Shown: one piece after another, positions 39,715 through 48,068 of the stretch
Position numbering within the stretch: position 1 is the first letter of the stretch
Layout of the letters: each line of letters begins with the position of its first letter
Assembly: GCA_029571225.1 (NCBI GenBank)
Contig: JAKPTF010000080.1
Span: forward strand, 1,230-65,229
Direction: 5' to 3'
Length of the DNA stretch: 64,000 nucleotides
Source: Candidatus Omnitrophota bacterium
GTDB taxonomy: Bacteria; Omnitrophota; Gorgyraeia; Gygaellales; Profunditerraquicolaceae
Translations under genes and position numbers: made by a program
The notes under the pieces: model-generated
The model's database searches: none
What the model saw: the letters and a program-made list of their open reading frames with translations, nothing else
Told to the model about the DNA's origin: nothing

Positions 39715-40788
39715 TTAAATTCCGGCAACGATCTTTTTTCTGATCTCTTTCTCTATTTCGTCGGCCAGCTTGGGATTCTCGCGCAGCGCGGTAATCGCTG
39801 CCTCCCTGCCCTGACCTATTTTTTCATTGTTGAACGACAGCCATGTCCCCGACTTCTGGACGACTTCCAGGTTCAATCCGGCGTCTATAATGCTTCCTGC
39901 CTTGTTGATGCCCTGGTCATGAAGGATATCGAATTCCGCCTCGCGGAACGGAGGGGCGACTTTGTTCTTGACCACCCTGACGCGGACGTGACCCCCGATC
40001 ACAGCATCCCCCGATTTAAGTGATGCGATCCTGCGCACGTCAAGCCGCACCGAGGAATAAAATTTGAGCGCCCTGCCTCCGGGGGTCGTCTCAGGGTTGC
40101 CGAACATTACGCCGATCTTCTCGCGCAGCTGGTTTATAAAAATTACGCATGCACGCGATTTGGATATTGCCGCAGTCAGCTTGCGCAAAGCCTGCGACAT
40201 TAGCCGCGCCTGCAGGCCCACATGCGAATCGCCCATCTCCCCTTCGATCTCTGCTCGCGGGGTTAACGCGGCAACCGAATCCACCACGATCAGATCGACT
40301 GCATTCGACCTAACCAGGGTTTCGGCGATCTCGAGCGCCTGTTCGCCTGTATCCGGCTGTGAAATAAGCAGTTCATCGAGGTTCAAACCGATCTTTTTGG
40401 CATAGGTGGCGTCAAAGGCGTGCTCCGCGTCAATGAACGCGGCGACCCCGCCTCTCTTCTGCATTTCCCTGATCGCGGTAAGGGTCAACGTGGTCTTTCC
40501 AGATGCCTCGGGCCCAAAGATCTCAACGACCCTGCCGCGGGGCAGTCCTCCGGTGCCAAGGGCGTAATCAAGGGTAAGGGACCCGGTCGGAATAACCTCC
40601 ACATCGACCTTCACCTTTTGCCCCAGCTTCATGATCGAGCCTTTGCCAAACTGTTTTTCGATGTGCGACAGGGCAAGATCAAGCGCTTTCTGCCGTTCAG
40701 AGCTGTCTTTGGCAGTGTCCTTTAACATATCCCTGGCCGGAGCCTCTTTCTGAGATTCCTTATGGGATTCCTTCTTTTCGAGTGCCAT
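39715..40788 (-). CDS. recA: recombinase RecA
   Basis: 357 aa; '[10 protein letters not shown]', 'FIDAEHA', 'VVDSVAAL'. Confidence 0.98.
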   Translation of the reverse strand: MALEKKESHKESQKEAPARDMLKDTAKDSSERQKALDLALSHIEKQFGKGSIMKLGQKVKVDVEVIPTGSLTLDYALGTGGLPRGRVVEIFGPEASGKTTLTLTAIREMQKRGGVAAFIDAEHAFDATYAKKIGLNLDELLISQPDTGEQALEIAETLVRSNAVDLIVVDSVAALTPRAEIEGEMGDSHVGLQARLMSQALRKLTAAISKSRACVIFINQLREKIGVMFGNPETTPGGRALKFYSSVRLDVRRIASLKSGDAVIGGHVRVRVVKNKVAPPFREAEFDILHDQGINKAGSIIDAGLNLEVVQKSGTWLSFNNEKIGQGREAAITALRENPKLADEIEKEIRKKIVAGI

Positions 40789-40833
40789 ATGCGCCTCCGT
40801 AAAGGGTTAAAAAGCATTGGAAATTAGAGAATT

Positions 40834-40862
40834 ATTATATGATACCCGCATGGAAGTGTCAA
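40834..40862 (-). promoter_or_regulatory. consensus sigma70 promoter of recA (TTGACA-17-TATAAT)
   Basis: Both hexamers read perfectly on the minus strand; ~40-nt leader with a GGAGG Shine-Dalgarno. Confidence 0.7.
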
Positions 40863-40968
40863 CCGAATTATACCCCCTTTCCAAGGCCCATGCGGCCTCG
40901 TAACAATAGACTCTTCGATTACGTAAATCTCACACATATCGCAGCCGGCACCTGTCGTTCACTATGGG

Positions 40969-40997
40969 TTGACACGGTAGCGCAAATATGCTATAAA
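40969..40997 (+). promoter_or_regulatory. sigma70 promoter TTGACA-17-TATAAA, with the -10 ending 9 nt before ATG 41007
   Basis: Hexamers at 40969-40974 and 40992-40997. Confidence 0.65.
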
Positions 40998-41006
40998 GTA
41001 ATATCT

Positions 41007-42170
41007 ATGGAAGAACTCTCCTCAATCAAGCAGGAGCTCGAACGCACCAAATCCGAGCTGGCAATCCTCTACGAAATCTCCAATGCAATGCGCACCACCC
41101 TGAAGCTGGATGAGATCCTTTATATCATCCTCACCGGGGTCACAGCGCATATCGGACTTGGGTTCAACCGGGCTATGCTTTTTTTGGTGAACGAAAGGGA
41201 AGGCATTGTTGAGGGGAAAATGGCCATCGGGCCGGAAACAGGCGAAGACGCCAACCGTGTCTGGAAATACGTCGAGCAGGAAAAAATGGACATGGATGAC
41301 CTGATAAACGCCTATAAGGTCTCTAGCCACATCCAGCAATCCCCCTTTAACCGCCAGGTCCAGCGGTTCAAGATACCCCTGCAGGATCATAAGGACAACC
41401 TTTTCTCCATTGTAGTGCTTGAAGGCATGCCGCTCCACCTGACCAAGGAGACAATCGGCCACTACAGCAATGACGCGGTCATCAAGATGCTCAAATCCGA
41501 GGAACTTGTCATCGTGCCGTTAAAAGCGAAGGACAAAGTCAACGGGATAATCCTTGCCGACAACTTCATCACGAAAAAACCGATCACCAAAGACGACCTG
41601 CGCATGCTCATCATGTTATCGAACCAGGCGGGGCTGGCGATCGAAAACTCCCAATTGTACGAAAAAACCGTCATCAGCACCCATCAGGATTCACTGACCG
41701 AACTGTGGAACCATGGGTATTTTCAGCATCTGCTGGCCATGGAGCTCGAAAAAGCACGGGCGACGTCGAACCCTTTGAGCCTGATCATGCTCGACATAGA
41801 CGATTTCAAGGTTTACAACGATACGCTCGGCCACCAGAACGGAGACAGGATCCTCAAGGACATGGCTACGCTCCTTAAGAATCATTCCCGGAAAATGGAT
41901 TATGTGTGCAGATACGGGGGCGAGGAATTCGCGGTCATACTCCCCTACACCGATAAAAATGAAGCTGTTATGATCGCCGAGCGCATGCGGGAGAACATAG
42001 CCAGAACTCCGTTTCTCAACCAGGAAGTCCTGCCCAATAAAATCCTCACGGTCAGCATCGGTGTTGCGACCTTCCCTGAGAACGCAAACTCGACAGCGGA
42101 ATTGATCTCCTACTCGGACAAAGCCCTGTACGAAGCGAAGAAAAAAGGCAAGAATACCACCTGCGCTTAA
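41007..42170 (+). CDS. GAF domain-containing diguanylate cyclase (GGDEF)
   Basis: Active site 'RYGGEEF' with I-site 'RKMD' five residues upstream; N-terminal coiled coil plus a GAF-like region; start moved from 40839 to ATG 41007 on promoter evidence. Confidence 0.88.
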   Translation: MEELSSIKQELERTKSELAILYEISNAMRTTLKLDEILYIILTGVTAHIGLGFNRAMLFLVNEREGIVEGKMAIGPETGEDANRVWKYVEQEKMDMDDLINAYKVSSHIQQSPFNRQVQRFKIPLQDHKDNLFSIVVLEGMPLHLTKETIGHYSNDAVIKMLKSEELVIVPLKAKDKVNGIILADNFITKKPITKDDLRMLIMLSNQAGLAIENSQLYEKTVISTHQDSLTELWNHGYFQHLLAMELEKARATSNPLSLIMLDIDDFKVYNDTLGHQNGDRILKDMATLLKNHSRKMDYVCRYGGEEFAVILPYTDKNEAVMIAERMRENIARTPFLNQEVLPNKILTVSIGVATFPENANSTAELISYSDKALYEAKKKGKNTTCA

Positions 42171-42238
42171 AATGGGGTCAGGCACGAATTAAACAACATA
42201 CTTATGTAGTCGATTTAATTCGTGCCTGACCCCATTTT
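42169..42238. terminator. bidirectional terminator: 25-bp perfect inverted repeat between convergent genes
   Basis: AAAATGGGGTCAGGCACGAATTAAA (42169-42193) pairs with 42214-42238; A-run and T-run flanks; sits between the GGDEF stop and the smc stop. Confidence 0.75.
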
Positions 42239-45200
42239 TTACGCAGGGACTGCTTCGGGCTCGGGGCTCGCAGGCGCAGCCGGTTCCTGGCCAACCTTTT
42301 TCTCCCCGAACTTCACGGAAACTATCTTCGAGACGCCTGATTCCTGCATGGTAATGCCGTACATGACGTCGGCATTGGCGATCGTCTTCTTATTATGGGT
42401 GATGACGATGAACTGCGATGTCTGGCTGAATTCCTGCAGTATCCTGCCGAAACGGTCCACATTCGCTTCGTCAAGAGCGGCGTCGATTTCATCAAGGATG
42501 CAGAACGGCGAGGGTTTCACCTTGAAGATCGCGAAGATAAGCGCGATCGCGGCCATGGATTTTTCCCCGCCTGAAAGCAGCAATACGTTCTGCAGCTTTT
42601 TTCCCGGAGGCCGGCAGATGATCTCGATGCCTGATTCGAGCGGGTCCTGTTCGTCGATGAGATATACCTGGGCGTCACCGCCGTTGAACAGGGCCCGGAA
42701 ATAGTTCCTGAACTCCTCGCGAACGCGCTCGAACGTCTCCAGGAACATCTTTTTCGTCGTACGGTTGATCTTCTGTATCGCATCCTGCAAGGACTCCTTG
42801 GCAGTGACCAGGTCCGCCTGCTGCTGGGTCAGGAAATCATACCGTTTCTTGAGCTCGTCATATTCTTCGATGGCAACGAGGTTCACCGTGCCGTACGAGC
42901 TTAATTTATCCTTGAGCCTGGCAACCTCTTCGTTCAACGCGTTCTCGTCCAATCCTTCAATGCTGAACGCAGGCTTGATCTCTGGCGCTGGAGCGGGAAC
43001 CTCGGATTTTTCAGCCGCGGGCTCTGCAGGCTGCCCGGCATCCGGAGCCTGCTGGCTGCCCGTGATCAACACGGCAAGGTCCTCGGTGTCCAGGTCGATC
43101 TTATACGACTGCAGAAGCTTCTGCCTGATGCTCTGGTACTTGAACTCGAGGTCCTTGGCATCCATCTGCACTTCATAGAGCTTATCCTTCAGCGCATCGG
43201 ATTCCTTGCGTTTCTCGCCGATCTCCGCCTCGATCTCTGAAATGCCGGCCACAACCGCCTGGGACTGGGCCTGCGCATCGATAAGCGACGCCTTGAGAAC
43301 CTGCATATCGGCTTCGGTCTGCGCGATCTTCTTATGCAATTCGCCGATCTCAACGGTAAAGGTTTCCTGCTTGACCGACATCTCCTGCAGGCGCGCCGCC
43401 ATCTGGGCGATCTCCGCCTCGTCCTGGATGCATATTTCTTCAAGCGCTTTAAGCTCGGCCTCGTCAGCGGCACGGCGCTTCACCAGATTCTCCAGTTCGG
43501 TCTTTACCTGCGCGATGACAACCAGCACCTCTTCCTTGATCCGGTTGTTCAGGTTGATATGCTCCTGGGCGTCATGAATCGATGCCTCCCACGCCTTATG
43601 CTCTTTTTCAAGATTGGCGATATCCGTATGCAGTCCGCTCAATGACTGGGCAAGCACCGCCATCTCCTGGCCGGCATCGCCGAGTTCCATGACGATGATC
43701 TGGGCCTCCTCGCTGATCTTGTCGAATTGTTCTTGCACGCTCTGCTGAACGGTCTTTTTGCTGGAAAGCGCGACTTCCTTGTCCTGGACCTGTTTGATCA
43801 GGTCCGCGACCCGGTTGTTCAGATCCTGGATCCTGCCTTCCTTCGCAAGCTTGTCGTTCTTGAGCACCGCGATCCGCTCTTCTGCGGCCCGTATTTTCTC
43901 CATCACCTTCTGCGCGTCAAGATCGATCGGTTTTGCTTCCCCGGCTATGCGGTACCCCTGCGCCGCATCCGCGGGCAGTTCCTGCGCCGGAGCATCGTCC
44001 CTGATCTTGACCACCAGGCCCGTGATCCGCTCGCTCGGCGCCTTATCGAGGTAGATGGTCGCGTTCATCGACTCGCTGATGCCGTCATACTGGTTCTGCA
44101 GCCGCTGGAGAAACTCCTTCTGGGATTCAAGCGCGTGGCGCTGTCGCTCCATATTCTCCAGTTCCTGATTGATCGAGAGAAGCGACGCGTTCTCGGCGTC
44201 AAGCTCGCCCTTCAGCGCAGAAAGGCTGCTGCTCAAGGCGGCGTATTCGGATTCGAGCTGGGATACCTCGCCGAATATCTGGGCGAGGGACGATTCGAAC
44301 TGGTTCTTTTCTTCCGAGATCTTCGCCTTTTCAAGTTCGAGCCGCCTCGTCCGCGCGATCAGAACCTGCTCCTTCGACGTCAGGCTCGAGAGCTCGTTCT
44401 TTGCCTGGGACACCCGCACCGCCAGGTCCATGATGTTCTTTTTTGCCATGGCGATGTTATCCGTCGCCGCCTTGATGGCAGCGACGACCGCGTTCAACTG
44501 CTCTTCGTTGCCCCGGAGGCTCACCGTTTTGTCTTCAATGCTCCTGGTGATGATCGAGAATTCCTGGCGCAGCCTGCTTAATTTTTCAGTGTCCTGGATC
44601 AACCGTTCCCTGGTCTGGGTTATCTGGGATTCGAGATACTGCTTTGACGAATCGAGCTCTTTGATACGCTCCCCGTTGAACTCTATATGCTGTCTGTCGT
44701 GAGAAATCGTGTTCTCCAGATTCACCAGGTCGTTCTTGACCGTGGAGATCTTCTCTTCATACCCCTTCAGCTCCTCGTTGCGCAAAGACAGCTTCATCTC
44801 CGCTTCGCTGATCGTCAGGGCAATCGCGTCTTCCCGCTGTTTCAACCCCTCTATCTGATCGAGGAACGCGGCCTTCTCCTTTGCCAGGTTATTCTTCTGC
44901 ACTGCGGCAAGGGACAGTTCTTTCTTCTTGAGCTCCTCGAACGCGGCCTGGTACCTGCGCGCCTTGTTCGCCTGGCGCTCGAGATACCCGATAGACCGCT
45001 TGACCTCGGCGATGATGTCGTTGACGCGAAGCAGGTTCTGTTCGGTTTCCTCAAGCCGGCGGAGCGCCTCGCGCTTCTGCGCCTTGTATTTGGTAATGCC
45101 GCTGGCTTCATCGAAGACCTGGCGCCGTTCTTCCGGTTTGGAACTCAAGACAAGGTCGATCTTGCCCTGCGCGATGATCGAATAGCTTTCCGCGCCGATG

Positions 45201-47254
45201 CCCGTGCCCATCAACAGGTCGAGTATGTCCTTGAGCCTGACCTGCGAACGGTTAAGCAGATATTCGCTGTCGCCGGACCTGAAGATCCTGCGGGTGATCA
45301 TGACCTCGTCATGGTCATATGAGAAGAACCGCGCTTTGTTATCGAAGGTAAGGCTCACCTCCGCCATGCCCAGCGCCTGCTTGGTATCGGTGCCGTTGAA
45401 GATCACGTCCTCCATCTGCATGCCGCGCAGGGACTTCACCGACTGCTCACCGAGCACCCACCGGATCGAGTCGAAGATATTGCTGTTATGAACGATGATA
45501 TCCTGCGCGACAAAATTATGGTTCACCGGTATGGAAAGGTCATACACCCATTCGGGCCGCGCGACTTTCCGGATAGAAACAACCTCGTCCCAATAGATCT
45601 GAGAAACGGTCAGTTGCTTAAGATAATCATGAATGCAGCGCGCAAGGCCGGTCAACTCCGCGTATTCGGTAATAATATGCAGCGCCTCGGACAGGCCCTG
45701 CCGCGATGGCAGGCAGCGGTTTTCATAATACGAGGCAAGTTTCGGGGAATACATTCTCAGCTTTTTAACGGACACGCCGGACAACTGCACCAGTTCCTTA
45801 AATAACCCGTTAACGCCCGGAATAAGATCAAAGTTAGGGTTCGCTTTGGCATCCATGTTTTTGATCCGGCCCAGATCGCCCGCTTTCACCCCGACAAAAC
45901 GCAGACAACGGGCCAGATTCTTTACATTATCCATTCCGTAAATATATACGGAATAATACGGCCGCCTGGTTTTATTCGCCGTATTGGAAGCATATTTGAT
46001 CTTCTTGCGTATGACCGACTGGACGCCGAGCTTCAACAATAAACTTCTGACACCGGTTGCAAGGTCATGCGATGCCGATGCATACTCGATATATGCCGTT
46101 TTGTTCCCCCGTGCAGGTCCCACGTCAGTCCTGATATACGCATCTCCCTCGAACAACGCTGAGAGGAATTCACCTGTAGCCTCGAGACCGGCATGCTGTA
46201 TCAACTCCGGAATTTTCTTTTCGCTTGAACGACTGTCGATCCCAATGCCGAACGCCTTCTCAAGATACTGGCACAATGCGTGAGAAAAAATGATAACATC
46301 GGAAGCGGATTCTTTGTAATGGAACTCTTTTGCTTCGGCTGCGAACGCTTCTTGCGCGCATTCAATATAGTCCTTGATTATTGCCCGGTCTTCATTGACA
46401 AACCACACCTGGTTTTCTTTTGTCGTCCTGCCTTCAGCAAGAAGATACCCCAGAAAACGCGCAACAGGCCGGTTCACACGTCCCGGAAGGCGGATCCGTC
46501 CGGAACTGCGCGATTTCAAGCTATCGACAAATTCAGGGATCTGTCCGCAGCCGATATCCTCCAGCATTGAGCAAAAATCCACCGTATTGACTGCCTGTTC
46601 CGCCGTCGTTGACTTGACGCATGATGCATACGCAGTATGCTTTGCCTGGGTGTTGTTCCGCTCGAGGAACCGCTCAAGATTCGCCGAGAACGGGATATAC
46701 ATCAGGTCTTTTCTCTGAAAGCGCTTGAGTATCCGGAAATTATCGATCGTGTCACATGGGTTCACCGGGCTGATAACCCGCGGGCATGCGATAGAAATAC
46801 CCGCTCTCAAGTCTTCTGCCTTCAATGCAAATACCTGCCCGTCTTTAATACTGAAGAACGGGTGGTAATGCGTGGTCACTACGTTTCTGCCTGATCGCGT
46901 GGTCACTGACAAAAGATAATCAGGGGCTCTGCGCTTGATGAACGAATACACCGGTTGCGGCTCGAGAGCCATGGTGTGAGGATTCATCGAAAGCACACGA
47001 ATGCCTGCCGGATTATCCCCTGTCATGACGCCGTCATCGAGTTCTCTGACGTCAGAGGACTGCGCCAGGGCCTGATCGACCAGCGTACCGATCTTAACCC
47101 GGATACCGTTATCGAGCGTGACGAGTGAATCGTAATGCAGGCATTTCCCGCAGCCGTTGGGGCCCACGACCGCGGTGATGCCGGGCTCAAAATCAAGCAC
47201 CGTCTTGTCCATGAACGACTTGAATCCGACGATCTCCAGCTTTTTAAAATACAT
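42239..47254 (-). CDS. smc: chromosome segregation protein SMC (intein-containing precursor, 1671 aa)
   Basis: N-terminal 'LEIVGFKSF...GPNGCGK'; after the insert 'SNIFDSIRWVLGEQS'; long coiled coils; C-terminal 'LSGGEKSMAAIAL' signature and 'FCILDEIDAALD' Walker B; GGAGG Shine-Dalgarno upstream. Confidence 0.93.
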   Translation of the reverse strand: MYFKKLEIVGFKSFMDKTVLDFEPGITAVVGPNGCGKCLHYDSLVTLDNGIRVKIGTLVDQALAQSSDVRELDDGVMTGDNPAGIRVLSMNPHTMALEPQPVYSFIKRRAPDYLLSVTTRSGRNVVTTHYHPFFSIKDGQVFALKAEDLRAGISIACPRVISPVNPCDTIDNFRILKRFQRKDLMYIPFSANLERFLERNNTQAKHTAYASCVKSTTAEQAVNTVDFCSMLEDIGCGQIPEFVDSLKSRSSGRIRLPGRVNRPVARFLGYLLAEGRTTKENQVWFVNEDRAIIKDYIECAQEAFAAEAKEFHYKESASDVIIFSHALCQYLEKAFGIGIDSRSSEKKIPELIQHAGLEATGEFLSALFEGDAYIRTDVGPARGNKTAYIEYASASHDLATGVRSLLLKLGVQSVIRKKIKYASNTANKTRRPYYSVYIYGMDNVKNLARCLRFVGVKAGDLGRIKNMDAKANPNFDLIPGVNGLFKELVQLSGVSVKKLRMYSPKLASYYENRCLPSRQGLSEALHIITEYAELTGLARCIHDYLKQLTVSQIYWDEVVSIRKVARPEWVYDLSIPVNHNFVAQDIIVHNSNIFDSIRWVLGEQSVKSLRGMQMEDVIFNGTDTKQALGMAEVSLTFDNKARFFSYDHDEVMITRRIFRSGDSEYLLNRSQVRLKDILDLLMGTGIGAESYSIIAQGKIDLVLSSKPEERRQVFDEASGITKYKAQKREALRRLEETEQNLLRVNDIIAEVKRSIGYLERQANKARRYQAAFEELKKKELSLAAVQKNNLAKEKAAFLDQIEGLKQREDAIALTISEAEMKLSLRNEELKGYEEKISTVKNDLVNLENTISHDRQHIEFNGERIKELDSSKQYLESQITQTRERLIQDTEKLSRLRQEFSIITRSIEDKTVSLRGNEEQLNAVVAAIKAATDNIAMAKKNIMDLAVRVSQAKNELSSLTSKEQVLIARTRRLELEKAKISEEKNQFESSLAQIFGEVSQLESEYAALSSSLSALKGELDAENASLLSINQELENMERQRHALESQKEFLQRLQNQYDGISESMNATIYLDKAPSERITGLVVKIRDDAPAQELPADAAQGYRIAGEAKPIDLDAQKVMEKIRAAEERIAVLKNDKLAKEGRIQDLNNRVADLIKQVQDKEVALSSKKTVQQSVQEQFDKISEEAQIIVMELGDAGQEMAVLAQSLSGLHTDIANLEKEHKAWEASIHDAQEHINLNNRIKEEVLVVIAQVKTELENLVKRRAADEAELKALEEICIQDEAEIAQMAARLQEMSVKQETFTVEIGELHKKIAQTEADMQVLKASLIDAQAQSQAVVAGISEIEAEIGEKRKESDALKDKLYEVQMDAKDLEFKYQSIRQKLLQSYKIDLDTEDLAVLITGSQQAPDAGQPAEPAAEKSEVPAPAPEIKPAFSIEGLDENALNEEVARLKDKLSSYGTVNLVAIEEYDELKKRYDFLTQQQADLVTAKESLQDAIQKINRTTKKMFLETFERVREEFRNYFRALFNGGDAQVYLIDEQDPLESGIEIICRPPGKKLQNVLLLSGGEKSMAAIALIFAIFKVKPSPFCILDEIDAALDEANVDRFGRILQEFSQTSQFIVITHNKKTIANADVMYGITMQESGVSKIVSVKFGEKKVGQEPAAPASPEPEAVPA
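45485..47143 (-). mobile_element. class-1 intein with a LAGLIDADG homing-endonuclease domain (residues 38-590 of the smc ORF)
   Basis: Cys1 'CLHYDSLVTL', block B 'TTHYH', LAGLIDADG motifs 'FLGYLLAEGRT' and 'FLSALFEGDAY', terminal 'IIVHN' followed by +1 Ser. Confidence 0.9.
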
Positions 47255-47275
47255 TATTCCTCCGCCGTAGAATGA

Positions 47276-47449
47276 TCATGACGCGTGTGATTGCTGTTCG
47301 ATCCACAAATCAATCTTCTCTTTGCGAAAACGCCATTGCCCGACGAGCTTGAGCGCCGGGATCTTGTTGTGTTTCAACCAGTCGTAAATGGTCCTGCGGC
47401 TTACGCGCAGATACCCTGCAAGGTCATCGATTGTCATGAGGTCATTCAT
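47276..47449 (-). CDS. small helix-turn-helix DNA-binding protein (excisionase / MerR-like HTH_17 type), 57 aa
   Basis: Own translation: MNDLMTIDDLAGYLRVSRRTIYDWLKHNKIPALKLVGQWRFRKEKIDLWIEQQSHAS; below the ORF-track length cutoff; lies 21 nt upstream of smc. Confidence 0.7.
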   Translation of the reverse strand: MNDLMTIDDLAGYLRVSRRTIYDWLKHNKIPALKLVGQWRFRKEKIDLWIEQQSHAS

Positions 47450-47458
47450 ATGGATTTA

Positions 47459-47486
47459 ATTATATATAAAACCAAAAAATTGTCAA
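47459..47486 (-). promoter_or_regulatory. consensus sigma70 promoter TTGACA-16-TATAAT, with the -10 ending 9 nt before the HTH ATG
   Basis: Hexamers at 47486-47481 and 47464-47459 on the minus strand; AT-rich tract further upstream (47505-47620). Confidence 0.7.
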
Positions 47487-47668
47487 GCATATTTTTGCTA
47501 TAATTAACATAAAATTCATAAAAATTTCATAAAAAGGCAATTAAATAACTTTTAATTCTAAAAATGTCTTATTTTTACATTATTATGCAGATTTTAACAT
47601 ATTTTACAGGATGGGTCGTGTGGTAGGAATATTACGAGGGAATCATCTACTACGCGGTTACTGTCCGG

Positions 47669-48043
47669 TCATCCAAGCGCATCTTTGACTTTTTGCAGAA
47701 GTTCTTCAAAGGTGCAGGGCTTGTTGATGCAATCGCATCTGCCCAGCTCCCTGGCCTGCTTGATCATGCCGGAGAATTCAAGCTCTTTGCCGGTCATGAA
47801 TATGATCGGGGTGTTTTTTGTCGCCTGGTCCCGGCGCAGCAGGATGCCCACGGCATAGCCGTCCATATCCGGCATGACAATATCAAGGATAAGCAGGTCT
47901 GGCTTGAATTCTTTAACCCTGGCGTTGATGTCTTTGCCTTCAGAAAGCGCCAGGACCTCGAACCCGCTGGCGGTCAGTTTCTTCGCGAGGACCGAAAGCA
48001 CATCCGGCTCGTCATCAGCGAGCAATATCTTTTTCGCAGCCAT
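47669..48043 (-). CDS. stand-alone response-regulator receiver domain (CheY-like)
   Basis: 'ILLADDEPD', phospho-acceptor 'LLILDIVMPDMDG', 'IIFMTGK', 'INKP'; start at ATG 48043, preceded by AAGGAAGG. Confidence 0.88.
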   Translation of the reverse strand: MAAKKILLADDEPDVLSVLAKKLTASGFEVLALSEGKDINARVKEFKPDLLILDIVMPDMDGYAVGILLRRDQATKNTPIIFMTGKELEFSGMIKQARELGRCDCINKPCTFEELLQKVKDALG

Positions 48044-48068
48044 CCGCGCACCTTCCTTGTTCATGCGT

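Noticed and set aside
40789-40862. Possible SOS/LexA operator at the recA promoter
   Set aside because: I looked for CTGT-N8-ACAG and GAAC-N4-GTTC type palindromes in and around the promoter and found none. I cannot exclude a lineage-specific motif.
40839-41006. N-terminal 56-aa extension of the GGDEF ORF
   Set aside because: The extension contains a TTGACA-17-TATAAA promoter, and its sequence looks non-protein-like. The start was moved to ATG 41007.
47291-47503. 70-aa plus-strand ORF in the smc upstream region
   Set aside because: It has no recognisable domain and no promoter or Shine-Dalgarno. The opposite strand encodes a textbook HTH protein with a consensus promoter.
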